From: Eledone cirrhosa | Taxonomy: Eukaryota | Reading direction: 5' to 3' | Assembly: GCA_964016885.1 (NCBI GenBank) | Contig: OZ024743.1 | Span: 161,820,001-161,884,000 of the forward strand | Length of the DNA: 64,000 nt | Shown here: piece after piece, positions 28,763 through 41,447 of the stretch | Layout of the letters: each line of letters opens with the position of its first letter | Position numbering within the stretch: the stretch's first letter is position 1 | The notes under the pieces: generated by a model | Database searches by the model: none | Told to the model about the DNA's origin: nothing | The model's input: the letters and a program-made list of their open reading frames with translations, nothing else | Program-made: the position numbers and the translations under genes

Positions 28763-31086
28763 TTATTGGTCCCCAAGAATCAAGACACCCACTTGGCAAA
28801 AAACTACCAAACCATTGCATGCCAGAACCTGATGTATAAGATGTATACAGCCTGCCTGAACCTATTCCTCCAAGATCACTGTGAAAATAATATCATCATC
28901 ACAGATGAACAAGCAGCTGGAAAGAAAGGGGTTTGGGGGTGTGCTGAACAACTCCTAATCAACAAAACTGTGATGTCGGAGGTGCGACAACTTAGGAGGA
29001 ATATGGCTACAGTCTGGCTGGACTACAAGAAAGCTTTCGATTCTGTTCCCCACTCTTGGATGATAGAGGCCTTCCGACTTGCTAAAGTCCCAGACATTAT
29101 TGTCAGAGCCATAGAGAGGCTGTCTTCTTGGACTACTATCCTAAAGTTAAAGACAGAGAAGGAGGACTCTATTTTCACTGATAAAATAAAATATCGCAGG
29201 GGTATATTTCAGGGAGACAGTCTCTCTGTGATATTATTCATCCTGTCATTAAATCCCTTGTCCTTTCTGCTCAAGAAATGTGAAGGATACATCATTGGCT
29301 CACAGGAGGACAGAAATATGAACCTAACCCATAATTTCTTTGTGGATGAACTGAAACTATGCCAAGAACATGGATGGGATGAAGAAAAATCTTGACCTGG
29401 TTACAACATTCTCAAAGGATATAGGAATGGAGTTTGGCCAAGATAAATGCTCATACATGACTGTAAAGCGGGGAAAAACAACAACCCAATCTAGCAACAT
29501 TGTCATCGATGGCCTAACTGTTTCACTGATTCTGATGAGGACTGCTATAGATACCTGGGGATAGATGAGAACATATCCGGTATCTGTAATAAGGAACACA
29601 TAACCAGGGAATACTTCACTCGATTAAGAAAGATATGGTCTTCAGAACTCTCTGCGCAAAACAGAACAGTGGCTCACAATGTGTTTGCTGTGCCTGTCCG
29701 AACACGAATGTTTGGAATACTCAATTGGACGATAGACGAAATCCGAGCAATTGATGTTAGAACACGAAAAATACTAAACAACACCGGAAACTTCCACATC
29801 AACAGTGACATAGACCGCCTTTACTTCAAACGTAAGCAGGGAGGCAAAGGCCTAACATCAGTCCAGACAGCATTTGAATGTCGCATCATATCCCTCCAAC
29901 AACATCTACGAACCTCGAAGCTTAGGAGCCCGTCTCTGTGCATGAAACAGATAAGATCATAAGAGTTGGGAAGGAACTCCTCGAAAGATATCCCCTGTGT
30001 GATAATCAAAAACTCACACCCAGGGAAGTCGCTCAGCAGTATCGCAGTGAATCCATGGATGGAAAACTGCATGCTTATTAGCAAAAAATCATGCATGGAT
30101 ATGTTGCCAGGAAGCTCCAGAGTGAGAGTAATATAGATAAAGAAAGTAGTCTATCTTGGACCAACAACCGCTATATTGGCTCCCACTTTGAAGGATACGC
30201 TTTTGCAATCCAAAAACAGGAAATCAACACGAAATACCCGATTCACAAAAGAGATAGGGATGCAGGCAAAACACCTAGATGTGATAACAAGTGCAGACTC
30301 TGCAGAATTAACATTGACGATGTCACCCATGTCATAAGCACCTGTCCAAAGATGTCATCGTGGTACTATCTACCTATGAGGCATGATGTAGTGGCCAAAA
30401 CACTGTACAACGCAATCCGTAGAAAAGATAGCCTCGATAATAAACGCAATAAAAGCTACAGCAATATGGAAGACATATATACATAATATGAAAGAGTACT
30501 GGTGGAATGTTCCAGTAAAAACCCCAATAAAATGCAGGCATAACAGACCAGATATGATATGGGACAGGGAGAAGAAAACATGCACAATAAGTGGAAGTTA
30601 GCTGCCCAGCAGATGCCAATATAATATCAAAGATTGGCGAAAAGGAGAATATTTATGCAGAACTGATGAGAAATCTGCAGATACTCCACCCTGATTACAC
30701 CTTCAGATTTATGCCTGTGATTATTGGGGCATTGGGATATGTTAGTAACTGCCTCAATACAAATCTTGAGAAGCTAGGCTTCACAGGAACAGAAAGAACA
30801 ACTAGTTAGGAAACTACAAGTACAATCCATTAATGGAACAGTAAAAATATGTAAAACATTCCAAAAATGTTGCATCTAATAACTGCATATACACATGTAC
30901 AGATACAAAGCATATACACATCCACACATACAATAACATCCATACCTACACATGCATGCAGACATGCAGACATATCTACCTAGTTGATGGTGTGTAAATT
31001 CCAATGAGTGAGTCTTGTAACTATGTTAGAAACCAACTCTCTCTCTCTATTGGCAAAAATTTGTGAAATTATAAAACCAGAAGAAC
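28763..31086 (+). mobile_element. R4/Dong-like non-LTR retrotransposon with restriction-like endonuclease, 5'-truncated and frameshifted
   Basis: RT motifs WLDYKKAFDSVPH, GIFQGDSLS, FVDE and RLY..RKQGG.GL. CCHC knuckle CRLC..NIDDVTHVISTC, RHD, HNRPD and EVSCP (RLE). Flanked by (CATA)n. Confidence 0.88.
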
Positions 31087-31098
31087 ATACATACATAC

Positions 31099-31138
<40 letters not shown>

Positions 31139-31140
31139 GG

Positions 31141-31186
<46 letters not shown>

Positions 31187-31191
<5 letters not shown>

Positions 31192-31684
31192 ACCCAGTAC
31201 AACCTGTGCATGTTCAGGTCGTCGACAACTAAACTGACAACCCCACCAAGCTTATTTGGTGAGGAAGGTGATATTTGACACCCTATGGGATGAAAAACAA
31301 AACCCGTCAAAAGGCTGAGAAACTCAGAAGAGCCAACACTCATCCAATAATGTTTTTTTGTGGAGTGAGACTCCTAGTCTTCATTAAGACATTTCTCTAG
31401 GAGAAGGTCACTGATGTAAAGCCTGCAACTTCGTTTGAATCCAATGGTGTAGGCCAGTTCTTTTTGGGTAAAATCATTCGATATTCAGAGAGTGGGATTG
31501 GTCCCATACAAAGCCTTCATTTAAAAAAGCTTCAAGCACAGGCATCACTTGATATGCGACATTTTTTTGCGATGCATGGCATTGCTGGCCATAGGCAAGT
31601 CCCTAGCAGGACTAAAAAGCCACGTCCGTGATGCTCATGCTTAAGTATCAAGCGATAGCATTACTCAAAATCAAGTTGCAGCCA

Positions 31685-31686
<2 letters not shown>
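31187..31686 (+). mobile_element. Bipartite RTE derivative, same family
   Basis: Shared 5' block and KSLAGLKSHVRDAH zinc-finger remnant. Confidence 0.68.
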
Positions 31687-31723
<37 letters not shown>

Positions 31724-32249
31724 ATCATAAGTGCAATCTTATAAGTTAAAATATTTAGTTTTTGTAAAATATTTCATGCATATTATGTAACAGCTCAGGG
31801 ATGTTTAATTACAAAATACTTCCATGGCAGCTTCTTTTATCATCAGTTGACTCTGTAATTCATCGTACCATCACCATGGCCAAAAAACGTAACGATCAAC
31901 AGTCCAATCCACCTAGCTGTGAGCAGGTACCAGGTACCAGAGTGTTATGTAGTTCACCACAGTAAGAATAGCAAGCACTGTCTGAGTTTTAACCTTTCTG
32001 TTAGCTACAGTTTTCAATTTCATCTCTGCCTTTCCAATGTGGACAGAGAATCACTAAATATAGCAACCAAAATCTCCTGCTATCATTAAAATGGCAAGAC
32101 ACAAATAGAATAGTGAATCAATGACTGGCTGCCGTCTGTACTACAGAGGTCTACTCATACAATGCTGATCAACAGACTAGTCTGTACTAAACCACACACA
32201 AAATTGAAAGAAATCTTTCAGTACAATCAATCAAGCAACTATATCTCCT

Positions 32250-32558
32250 TTAACCCTTTTGATACCAAACCACCTGAAACTGCCCCTAGTGCTATGATAC
32301 AAACCCATTTGTTTTAAAGTGTTTATATTTACCTAAAAACTTCTTATCATAATTTAATCTAAGAACATTCAAGTTATGTTCAAAACACCAGCTTACTAAT
32401 GGAACACTTAAATTCGTAGGCATTACTTTTGTTATGTTATAAATAAATACCACTTTAATAATGAAATAATCAATAGCATTTGTAAATCCCTCCAAATTCT
32501 TCAATAACTAATTCAAATATGGAGTATTTAATTAGAAATACAGTAACGAAAGGATTAA
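32250..32558. mobile_element. piggyBac-type MITE
   Basis: TTAA-CCCTTTTGATAC ... GTAACGAAAGGA-TTAA. Confidence 0.6.
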
Positions 32559-34990
32559 TAGAAACCACCATAAAGAAAGGCAAATTGTATTTTTTAGACC
32601 ATGAGATTTTAAGTACAGTTATACAAAAGTCTATAGGTGGCGAATTGGCAGAGTCGTTAGAATGTTAGATAGAATGCTTTGCATAATTCGTTTTGGCTCT
32701 CTGCTGTCTGAGTTCAAATATGAGCAACTTTGCCTTTCATCCATTCAAGATTGATAAAAAAAAGTACCAGTCCAGTACGGGGGCCGATTCTTCCTTTATC
32801 ACTCTTTCTCACTCACTATCTTTCTCTGGAAGAAATCTGCTGCATTCAGACCTGGAGGGGATTGGGCTCTGCCAAGTTTTTAAATGCCCTGGAAATGCCA
32901 TATGTCAATACAGTGCCCCTACAGCTCCCTCAGGAGTTACGGGACCGTGCATGCATACAAAAGCCTCAAATGGAATATAACACAAACAAATCCAAAGTTC
33001 AGTCTTTGTTGATGCAACAATGCAAACCACAATGAAGGCAGAATATTCAGATAAACAACCAATTGCATTACTAATTGACGAACATAGCTCTTTTAACTAA
33101 AGTTGGACTGATGAAGGGAAGCAAGTTTACACAAGATAACAAACCTCACAATAATGACTACCAGCATTAAATAGCAGCAAAAGTAAAAAAATTCATCTCA
33201 AGGTGTATTAGTTAATTAACCAGCAAGAAGATGCTTCCCACCACATCATTTGCTGCATGATACTCATTGTTCCCTCAGATTACTGTCATTGTTTCTCTAC
33301 CTCTACTACCAAGAACTCTGCTCTTCTAAAATTATTGATGCTGTAAGATTGCTGTCACCTAAATCCATTGCAGAATAAACAAGTTAATGAAGGAGTCTAG
33401 CCCCAACATGATCACTCAATCTATTAAAAGTAGCAGCTAAATCTTCAAATCATACTCACCATCTTAAATAAAGGAAAAGATACATTAGATAATGTAATCT
33501 TACCTATCCCTAAAAGGCAGGATGGTCATGGCTGGAAGGCTTTCAATCACAATCTGCTCAATTAGGCTGATCTGGGACGAAACAGCTAGTACTAGCCTCC
33601 ACCTAACTATATTTTCTTCTAGACAAGGGCATCTTTATGAAATTTTGCCATGTTAGTATATTAAATTATCTAATCAGTAAATGTTTTGTCACTTAAAATC
33701 TTTATATTCCATCACTCTAAGACCAAATGAAACATATCTGCATTGTCACCATATTTACTAAGGATCAAACTCCCCACCACATGCCCCCATTCAATTTTTA
33801 AACAATTTGGACTTTGGAGTTATCTCCGATGCCTTCCTTGAAAAGAATTATCATTAATTCTAATATTTCTTCTCTCCTGTGTAATTGATGAAACATTTTA
33901 GGGGCTCACTGCATTGCATGTGTTAACTCCCACCCCTACCAATAATAAATACTTTCCACATACTTCTTTTCCAAAACTTCCTACCCATGCAGATTTTCTT
34001 TCCACCACCACACTTTACCTATAACATTTGAACCTGAAGATCCAGACATAATCCTCACCCAGTTCTCTCAATTTCCGCAGTCATAGGAGTGGGGAATGAG
34101 GGCCCAATCTTTTCAAATTCTACTCTTCATCAGGTGTAGAGGGGAGGGGTATGGAAAATCAGTCCTATACACAAAACTAATATTACCATGAAGTGGGGAT
34201 GGGGCATCATTTCAGGAATCCCAAAGATCTATGAGCTTCAGAGCTTAGCTTGGCTCTCTTTAGTATTACATATCAAACATCATCACACTATGACAACTTT
34301 GTAACAACACCTGGTATCTGCTCATTCCTTGGTTAGGTCAACTGTCCAGAATCACAGCAAAACACTCATGTCATCTATTTCCAAAAGAAAGCCATTTATT
34401 GGATTAGTAAAGATTTTCTCACTAACACATATCTCTGATTTTCTGAACTATCCGATTCAATGACCACTCAACCGGGACCCATCCAAAAAGCCTTCTCAAT
34501 TTTCTCAGTATCTCTATTGTGCCTCACCTTCCAAATCCTAAAGTCCAAACCCTTTCTACCCAGTGCTGTAACCCTCTTGATTTTCCACTTACCCATATTT
34601 TCCATACAGATCCTTAAACTGCACATCGGGGGCATATCAACCTCATCAGATTGGACTCCTAGGAATAGACTTTCCTCTATTTGACTTTTGTTGGTGTCAG
34701 CCATTCAATTATGATCATATTGGAATAAGTAAATATAAAAATAAATAAATATAATAATAATTGTTTCTACTTTTGGCACAAGGCCAGCAATTACCCAGTG
34801 CATTACTGGTACTTTATTTTATCGACCTCGTAAGGATGAAAGGCAAAGTTAACCTCGGCGGGATTTGAGGTTAACTAGACATGTATCCACATTATGTTTG
34901 TAAGAATTATACAGGTGCAATGGTATAAGAAGATCTGAGAGAAAAGATGTTATAAGATCGATTCTTGCCATCCATATACATATACACACG

Positions 34991-35036
<46 letters not shown>

Positions 35037-35071
35037 AATGAAAAATGGCGTGCTGTGTTGTTGCAAATGTG

Positions 35072-35168
35072 ATATACAAATTAAAATGAAGAATTAGAAA
35101 TGGTCTTTAATGCGAAGAAATACCTGATGATGGATAGTCCTGGCTTCTATTTCTAATTCTTCATTTTA

Positions 35169-35178
<10 letters not shown>
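35072..35178. repeat. Small fold-back insert between TA tracts
   Basis: ~30-bp arms AAATTAAAATGAAGAATTAGAAAT. The loop holds CTGATGA-TGGATAGTCC. Confidence 0.8.
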
Positions 35179-35237
<59 letters not shown>

Positions 35238-36616
35238 GATGCATTACCAAGGAATAATCGGATAGCAAGCCAAAGAACCTACATAGATGGTAAAATTGAT
35301 TATTTTCAAATCGGATAGCAAGTAAAAAGACTTACTTAAGAGTGGTAAAATTATAAAATTAGGAAAATTAACAAAAAGAACGAAAACAAAGCAGAACGAA
35401 AAAAATTTTTTTGAAGGGGAAACCTTCAAAACATTTTTTTTTTAAATAAAAAGACAAATGAAAGACAGAACTCCAAGATGGACTTAGGCAGTTTGAACCT
35501 CTTACACAAACCAAAGCACTTTCCGAGGAGTAAAAGAAGACAAAATAATAACATATAGCAATTATGCCATAACAGTGTGTGTATGTGTGTGTCTGTGTGT
35601 GTGTCTGTGTGCGTGCGCGTGTGTGCGTGTGTGTGTGTGTCTCTCTCTCAAGCCCTATCCTTTGGAGAAAGGCTTTAAAGGGTCAGTAGTTAGCACCTGT
35701 TTTATAGTCATAGTCATAGATAAAAAAAATTAACATCCCCAGAAGATTTGATACATTACTGCCAATGGAAGAAGGATGATCAAATGTCCTGTTCAGAATG
35801 GCACACTTGAGAATTTGAACACAAGACCTATTAGCTGTTAATCTTATTCCATATCCACTCAGTCATTTCAACTCTTCTATTATCTAACTACCTTAGCTGG
35901 GTGAGCCATTTTGTCACTGGCTAAAATGGGTAGTAGTAAAAGCTTTAGAAATAGTAGAAAGGAACTGCGATGGTGGTAATGGTTCAGGTTGTAGTATGGG
36001 ATGGCTAGATAATTTTGAGGTTGACAGGTAGCTTGTATTGTAGTGGTGACTAGTGGTGGTAGTGGCTAGTTGGATAGTGGTGGTTCATATAGTAGAGGTG
36101 ACTTGTGGTAGCAATTGTGACATTTGAGATAAGTATGGCTTGTATTGGTAAAAGTTAGGAGTAATTTATGGGGTAGTAGCAGTGATGTAAGTGATATGGA
36201 TGCAAATGAAGTGGACCACTATATACTGGTGATATCAGAAGGAGTGAAATACGTCAAAGACTGATAGCGGTGGTAATGGTCAACCCTGTATATCAGGACA
36301 TTTTCGAATTTTTCATTCTTTATTTACTACAGTATGATGTAATTTGACGGAGATTCGTTCGACTACTGCTTCTAGCAGGTCAAGCAACTACATTGATGCT
36401 CTCTTGTTTGTGTTTATTTTAAGCACAAGATTAGTCTTACTTAAACAGAACTGTGACCAAAGATGTTTCAGTCGTATCCATCCGTTCATTTAAGAGATGT
36501 TTCCTAAAGTGTCCTTTCTTTATTTAAGTGTTTTGAGGGAGATTTGATTGATATTTCTAACAGAGCGGGCAACCATATAGGGGCTCTTCGTTGGTTATTT
36601 TTGTTAATGTTGTAAG

Positions 36617-36769
36617 CAGGGTTGAATTTAGACCTTGGGGCAAGTAATTAGAATTGAACAGTTATACATACAGGTATCAAATTCAAAAATTCTAAGGGCA
36701 CAAATAAATTGCTACGGCCGTCACTGGTGGGGCAATTGCCCCCCCCCCCCCCCATTAAATCAGGCCCTG
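36617..36769. mobile_element. hAT-type MITE, same family
   Basis: CAGGGTTGAATTTAGACCTTGGGG ... CATTAAATCAGGCCCTG, with flanks GTTGTAAG / GTTGTATA (6/8 match). Confidence 0.7.
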
Positions 36770-38300
36770 GTTGTATATGCTGTTTCTAAGAGTGGTCACG
36801 GGGACCGGTATTAAAAATATAGGAAATAAGTGACGAGAGAAGCTCTCCCTAGAAGTTCAATTTACACAACTAAATAGAAGTAATCTCTGCTGAGCCGATT
36901 CAATCAACTGTAGTGATTTCCCACCGGCCGCGATAATGTGTTGTGATGATACGTAACAACTGTAAAAAAAAAAAAAAAACGGCCACTCGACATATGTCAA
37001 ACTTCATAAGCCCTCGTCTATAATATACATTCTATGCAACTCCACCAGATGCAACACAATATTCACTATATCACATTTGTCCCCTTTTCGATGTTGCGTT
37101 AAAAATGTAGTGGATGTGTGCAATTATATATAACCAGCGAGGGGGTTAACGTGCACTTCAGAGAATTTTTTTAAAACAGACGGATTTATTCCACCACTCG
37201 TCAAGAACCAGCAACTACATACCCGAATTAAATAAGATAGAACTTACCTATTGTTGTTAAGAAATCAAATTTTTCTAACTTGTTTCCATTTTTTTCATCT
37301 TCTTTGTCAGGTAAAGGTGCGTCTTTCATGGTAGATCCGTGTTTTCGAAGGCGAGCCACTCTGGCAGATGCCATAGTTATTTCAATATTTCCTTAATTGT
37401 ACGAACTTAGGTAAGTTTTTCCTTTCGCACGGGAAGACACTAGACGGCAATAATAATATGTTTTAAAAAGCGTGTGTGCATATGTGTGTAGGTGTATGGG
37501 GACGAAAACTTAATGTGTGACGAGAACCTTAGAAACGGACTATATAATTACTTGCATTAATTGTTTTAAGCTGGTAGAGTGAACATATCAACATAAATAA
37601 AATGAAGAGCTGAAAACAAGGGGCCTTTTATGTATGTGGTGGTACTTCTAGTAACAGCCTTCTCTCGAAACTATATACTCGTTCACAAACTCAGACACCA
37701 AAACACATACACGCACATGCATATGCAGTCACATATAAGATATATCCAGTCAGCAACACCTGAAGTGTGTTAGAAGACGTTTTCGTTTACCAAAACCGCA
37801 AGGTGTGGAGGCAAGTTTAATTCTAACCATTTTGTTATTCTAGTTGTTGATGTGAAGTCACCATGTGTGGTAATGATTAGAGTGGTGGTGTCGGTAATGT
37901 AAGTGAGAAACGAACCCCAGCCGCTGTCTGGGAAAGAGGGAGGGGGTGTATCTGTGTGAAACTTTTTGTAAACACGAGAGAAAAAACCTGGGAAGTTTTT
38001 TTCAATGCTTGTTTGGTATTTTTCGTTGACAAACAAAAAGGATTCTCGTGGGTTTGGCTTTTTTCTTTTCTTTCTTTTGTAGTTATTGTAGTTAATGGTG
38101 GTGAAGGTGCTGGTTGGGTTGTATTTTAGTTTTCCGTTTGCAGACCAGTTTGCTTAGAGGTAAAAATCAATGTTCGCATGTTTACTGTCGCTTTAAAAGT
38201 CACAAAAACACAAACAGAAGAAAGAAGAAACAAACTAAACTATCCACTAAATAATGTCCAGAACTCACAGCTAGTGTGTCTGTTGAGGAGTAAACTAGTC
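36700..38300. promoter_or_regulatory. CpG-retaining, repeat-poor promoter/first-exon region, possibly bidirectional
   Basis: CG dinucleotides are visibly frequent compared with the TG/CA-decayed flanks. Contains the kinase start exon and several plus-strand donor-like sites (e.g. TAG|GTAAGT at 37410). Confidence 0.45.
37248..37374 (-). CDS. PRKX: Probable first coding exon of a PRKX/PKA-C3-like cAMP-dependent (AGC) kinase catalytic subunit
   Basis: ATG at 37374 reads MASARVARLRKHGSTMKDAPLPDKEDEKNGNKLEKFDFLTTI-G, then a consensus donor G|GTAAGT (phase 1). LEKFDFLTTIG resembles the PRKX stretch LQDFDTLATVG just before the GTGTFGRV glycine loop. Lies in a CpG-retaining region. The next exon was not found in the window. 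Confidence 0.6.
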
Positions 38301-39254
38301 CGGCTCTATCGTGTGTATGTGTCAGTGTTGAAATGTATGATAATGTTTTCGTATATATATATATACACACACACAGCAACAAGAGAAGTGTATTTGCTTC
38401 TTTTTTTTTAATGTATAGAAACAAAGCTGAGATCTATGTATGTGTGTGTCTAACAGGTCATTGTGTTTGTTGATCTAAGTCCATGCAGTAAACAAACTAT
38501 AAAAGGGGGAGAGGGAACAGAAATGAAGAGTGAAAGAGAAAGATAGGGGACGAATAAGAGCAAATGGGGTGGAAGGTAGGGTCGAAAAAAGACAAGTGTG
38601 TGGTTGAGAAAGTGACTGAAGGAAAGAATGAGACAAACAGAGAGAAAAGGGAGAATGGTGAGAGTAGTGACTATATAAAGTGGTGTAGTAAGAAAGACAC
38701 GAATTTACCAAGCTAACATAACAGGCAGTTCAGTAGTAACTGAAGGTAAGAGAAGACGTCCTGGCTGCAAGAGAATTCGGGAGGAGTGGGAAAGTGAGAG
38801 TCAGTGCTCTTATAAAAAAAGAGAAAAGTATAAAAGAAAAGGGGGAAAGCAGTTTAAAATTGTCTTCTCCCTCCATCGCCACCAAAATGTAAATAAAAAA
38901 GTGACAAACAAAATGAGAAGCCGTTTACTTTGTCTGCTCTCAACGTTTTAGTTATGTGCTTACGAGGCGAACCTTTATGTGGTCCATAAATCTGCTAGAA
39001 ATAGTAACCTAAATACACCATACAGTTTAAAAAGAAAATAGATATCGGAGAGTGTAGTCCTAGATATACCCAGTATGAAAAAAGAAGGGATAATGACGGC
39101 TGGTATGCTTTTCATAAGTGTGCTCGATCAAGTAAAAACTTTTTAGTTGCAACGTGAATTGGGTGGGAAAGAAATACATGCACATTTTTTTCTTTTTCTC
39201 TCTTATACGCATGCACACGTATATACATACATATTCTTTTTACCACGTTATATC

Positions 39255-39288
<34 letters not shown>

Positions 39289-39417
39289 GATATGGGTGTA
39301 ATTATATTCATTATCGGTTCACCGGTTGAAGCACTCAAAGTTTTTACGAGGTTCCGTCTGGTGTCGGGTTTATATTTCAATATATTCCAGGGTTACGGCG
39401 GCTGTAACGTGTAGAAT

Positions 39418-39617
39418 GTAAATAGAAGCAGGAGAGAGGTCAAAGTTGCAACATAATTGAATTTTATTACATATGACAATTGTTTCAATATCGTAAATGA
39501 TCGGGGCCCGATTCTGTACCGACATCTTATGATTGAGCACTGGGCTGATCGATATTGAAACAATTGTCATATGCTATAAAATTCATTTATGGTGTAACTT
39601 TGACTTCGTTCCTGTTT

Positions 39618-39619
<2 letters not shown>
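39418..39619. repeat. Imperfect fold-back insert between TA tracts
   Basis: Arms 39418-39493 and 39550-39619. Confidence 0.85.
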
Positions 39620-39658
<39 letters not shown>

Positions 39659-39821
39659 TTTTGAGAATTTGGTTGGTGTAAACTGTACTTAAAATCAAGT
39701 GTCGCGGCACACTGCAGATAGCGGTATTTATACACACCGGACCAATGAAACATTTAATACTTGGAATAAACCCTACTGTATAGCCGATTCCTGTTATTCT
39801 TCACTCCTTTATATAATATAT

Positions 39822-40089
39822 ATATTGTTATGTTTTGGGAGGGTCATGTTGCCAATAAGAAACACACGCACCAATTGCTTTCACTTCAATTTATTATAAA
39901 TTTAAGAATTTATAAATTTCCGGTTGGTTGGTTGGTTCCACAACCAGACGAAAGAACTTTGACAATATATGAACAATCGTCTGGTTGTGGAACCAACCAA
40001 CCAACCGGAAATTTATAATAAATTGAAGTGAAGCAACTGGTGCGTGTGTTTCTTATTGGCAACATGACCCTCCCAAAGTATAACAATAT
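39822..40089. repeat. Fold-back insert between TA tracts
   Basis: Arms 39822-39951 and 39977-40089. Confidence 0.9.
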
Positions 40090-40244
40090 CGGTTTCAACA
40101 CACGTTTTCAGATAAAGAATCTTGCTAAACAAATTCAGAAACGAAATATATATATATATATAATTAATACAATAACAGAGATAGTTTAAAGCTAAACTCT
40201 GACTGGTAACCATCTCACTCAACAAACATTAGGTTATATTATCC

Positions 40245-40336
40245 GCCTGCATAGCTCAGTCGGTAGAGCATCAGACTTTTATAGCATATATTATGAAGGT
40301 ATCTGAGGATCGCGGGTTCAAGTCCCTCTGCGGGCG
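40245..40336 (+). tRNA. tRNA-Lys(UUU) with a 19-nt intron (40282-40300)
   Basis: GCCTGCA TAGCTCAGTCGGTAGAGC A TCAGA CTTTTA [TAGCATATATTATGAAGGT] A TCTGA GGATC GCGGGTTCAAGTCCCTC TGCGGGC G. A and B boxes present, cloverleaf stems pair, intron at canonical 37/38. One C:U mismatch in the T stem. Confidence 0.93.
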
Positions 40337-40337
40337 A

Positions 40338-40373
<36 letters not shown>

Positions 40374-40456
40374 GGAGGTGAGTTTTATTGTAGTACAATA
40401 AAGCAATGCAGATATCGGATAAGAAGCACTCTACAATTTGTGGGACTGGAGTATGC

Positions 40457-40792
40457 ATAATATAAGATCAAAAGATGGTTAAAGGAGTTCCATATATTTT
40501 ATTATGCGCATTTCAAAAACAAACATCATCAAGCAATAATATTTGTGTTTTCATCAGATAAAACAGGAGAACATGATATGAAGGCTAAAAAACACTTGTT
40601 GATAGTGCAGTTTTAAATCAACATATGTTGATTTAAAACTGCACTATCAACAAGTGTTTTTTAGCCTTCATATCATGTTCTCCTGTTTTATCTGATGAAA
40701 ACACAAATATTATTGCTTGATGATGTTTGTTTTTGAAATGCGCATAATAAAATATATGGAACTCCTTTAACCATCTTTTGATCTTATATTAT
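40457..40792. repeat. Perfect 336-bp palindrome
   Basis: 168-bp arms, centre ACAT|ATGT at 40624/40625, no loop. Confidence 0.95.
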
Positions 40793-40845
40793 ATATATAT
40801 ATATATAGTTGTTATATATTAAGGTGCATTATTGGTTGTGTAAAA

Positions 40846-41030
40846 TTAACTTTGCCTTTTATCCTTCCGGGGTCGATAGAATAAAGTACCAGTAATGCAT
40901 TGGGTAATTGCTGGCCTTGTGCCAAAAGTAGAAACAATTTTAACTTTGCCTTTCATCCTTCCGGGGTCGATAGAATAAAGTACCAGTAATGCATTGGGTA
41001 ATTGCTGGCCTTGTGCCAAAAGTAGAAACA
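40846..41030 (+). mobile_element. Tandem dimer of 5'-truncated SINE A within a single TSD
   Basis: Two near-identical ~93-bp units flanked by ATTATTGGTTGTG at 40828-40840 and 41031-41043. Confidence 0.85.
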
Positions 41031-41160
41031 ATTATTGGTTGTGAAAAATGGTCCAATGTTAGCAATATTAAGTTCTCCACGCTTTTGTATATCTCCAATT
41101 CCATTCAAGGGAACAGCTAGATGATGTAAAACGGAGTATAAGTATCAAAATGAAAATCCG

Positions 41161-41343
41161 TATGAGGGAATGAATTCTGTGTGAGAACATCGTTATTTTT
41201 CTCCCATATGAAGGAATGAATTCTGTGTGAGAACATCGTTATTTTTCTCCCATATGAAGGAATGAATTCTGTGAGAGAACATCGTTATTTTTCTCCCATA
41301 TGAAGGAATGAATTCTGTGAGAGAACATCGTTATTTTTCTCCC
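41161..41343. repeat. 46-bp tandem repeat x4
   Basis: TATGAAGGAATGAATTCTGTG(T/A)GAGAACATCGTTATTTTTCTCCCA. Confidence 0.95.
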
Positions 41344-41373
41344 TCATGTCAAGAATTTGAAGACAATTCATTT

Positions 41374-41447
41374 TCACCTGATGAGATCAGTGATAATCGA
41401 TCATCGCTTCACAATCGATCTATCTCTTACTGAAACATGTGCTGTGA
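41374..41447 (+). ncRNA. Degenerate hammerhead-like motif
   Basis: TCAC-CTGATGA-GAT...ATCTCTTACT-GAAAC-ATGT-GCT-GTGA. Confidence 0.45.

Noticed and set aside
34460-34704. Overlapping short ORFs
   Set aside because: No recognisable protein motif.
39977-40015. Hammerhead in the 39.8-kb fold-back (CTGGTTGTGG...CCGGAAAT)
   Set aside because: The core is too divergent and there is no stem I or III.
41161-41343. CRISPR-like regular repeats
   Set aside because: No unique spacers, no cas genes, eukaryotic context.
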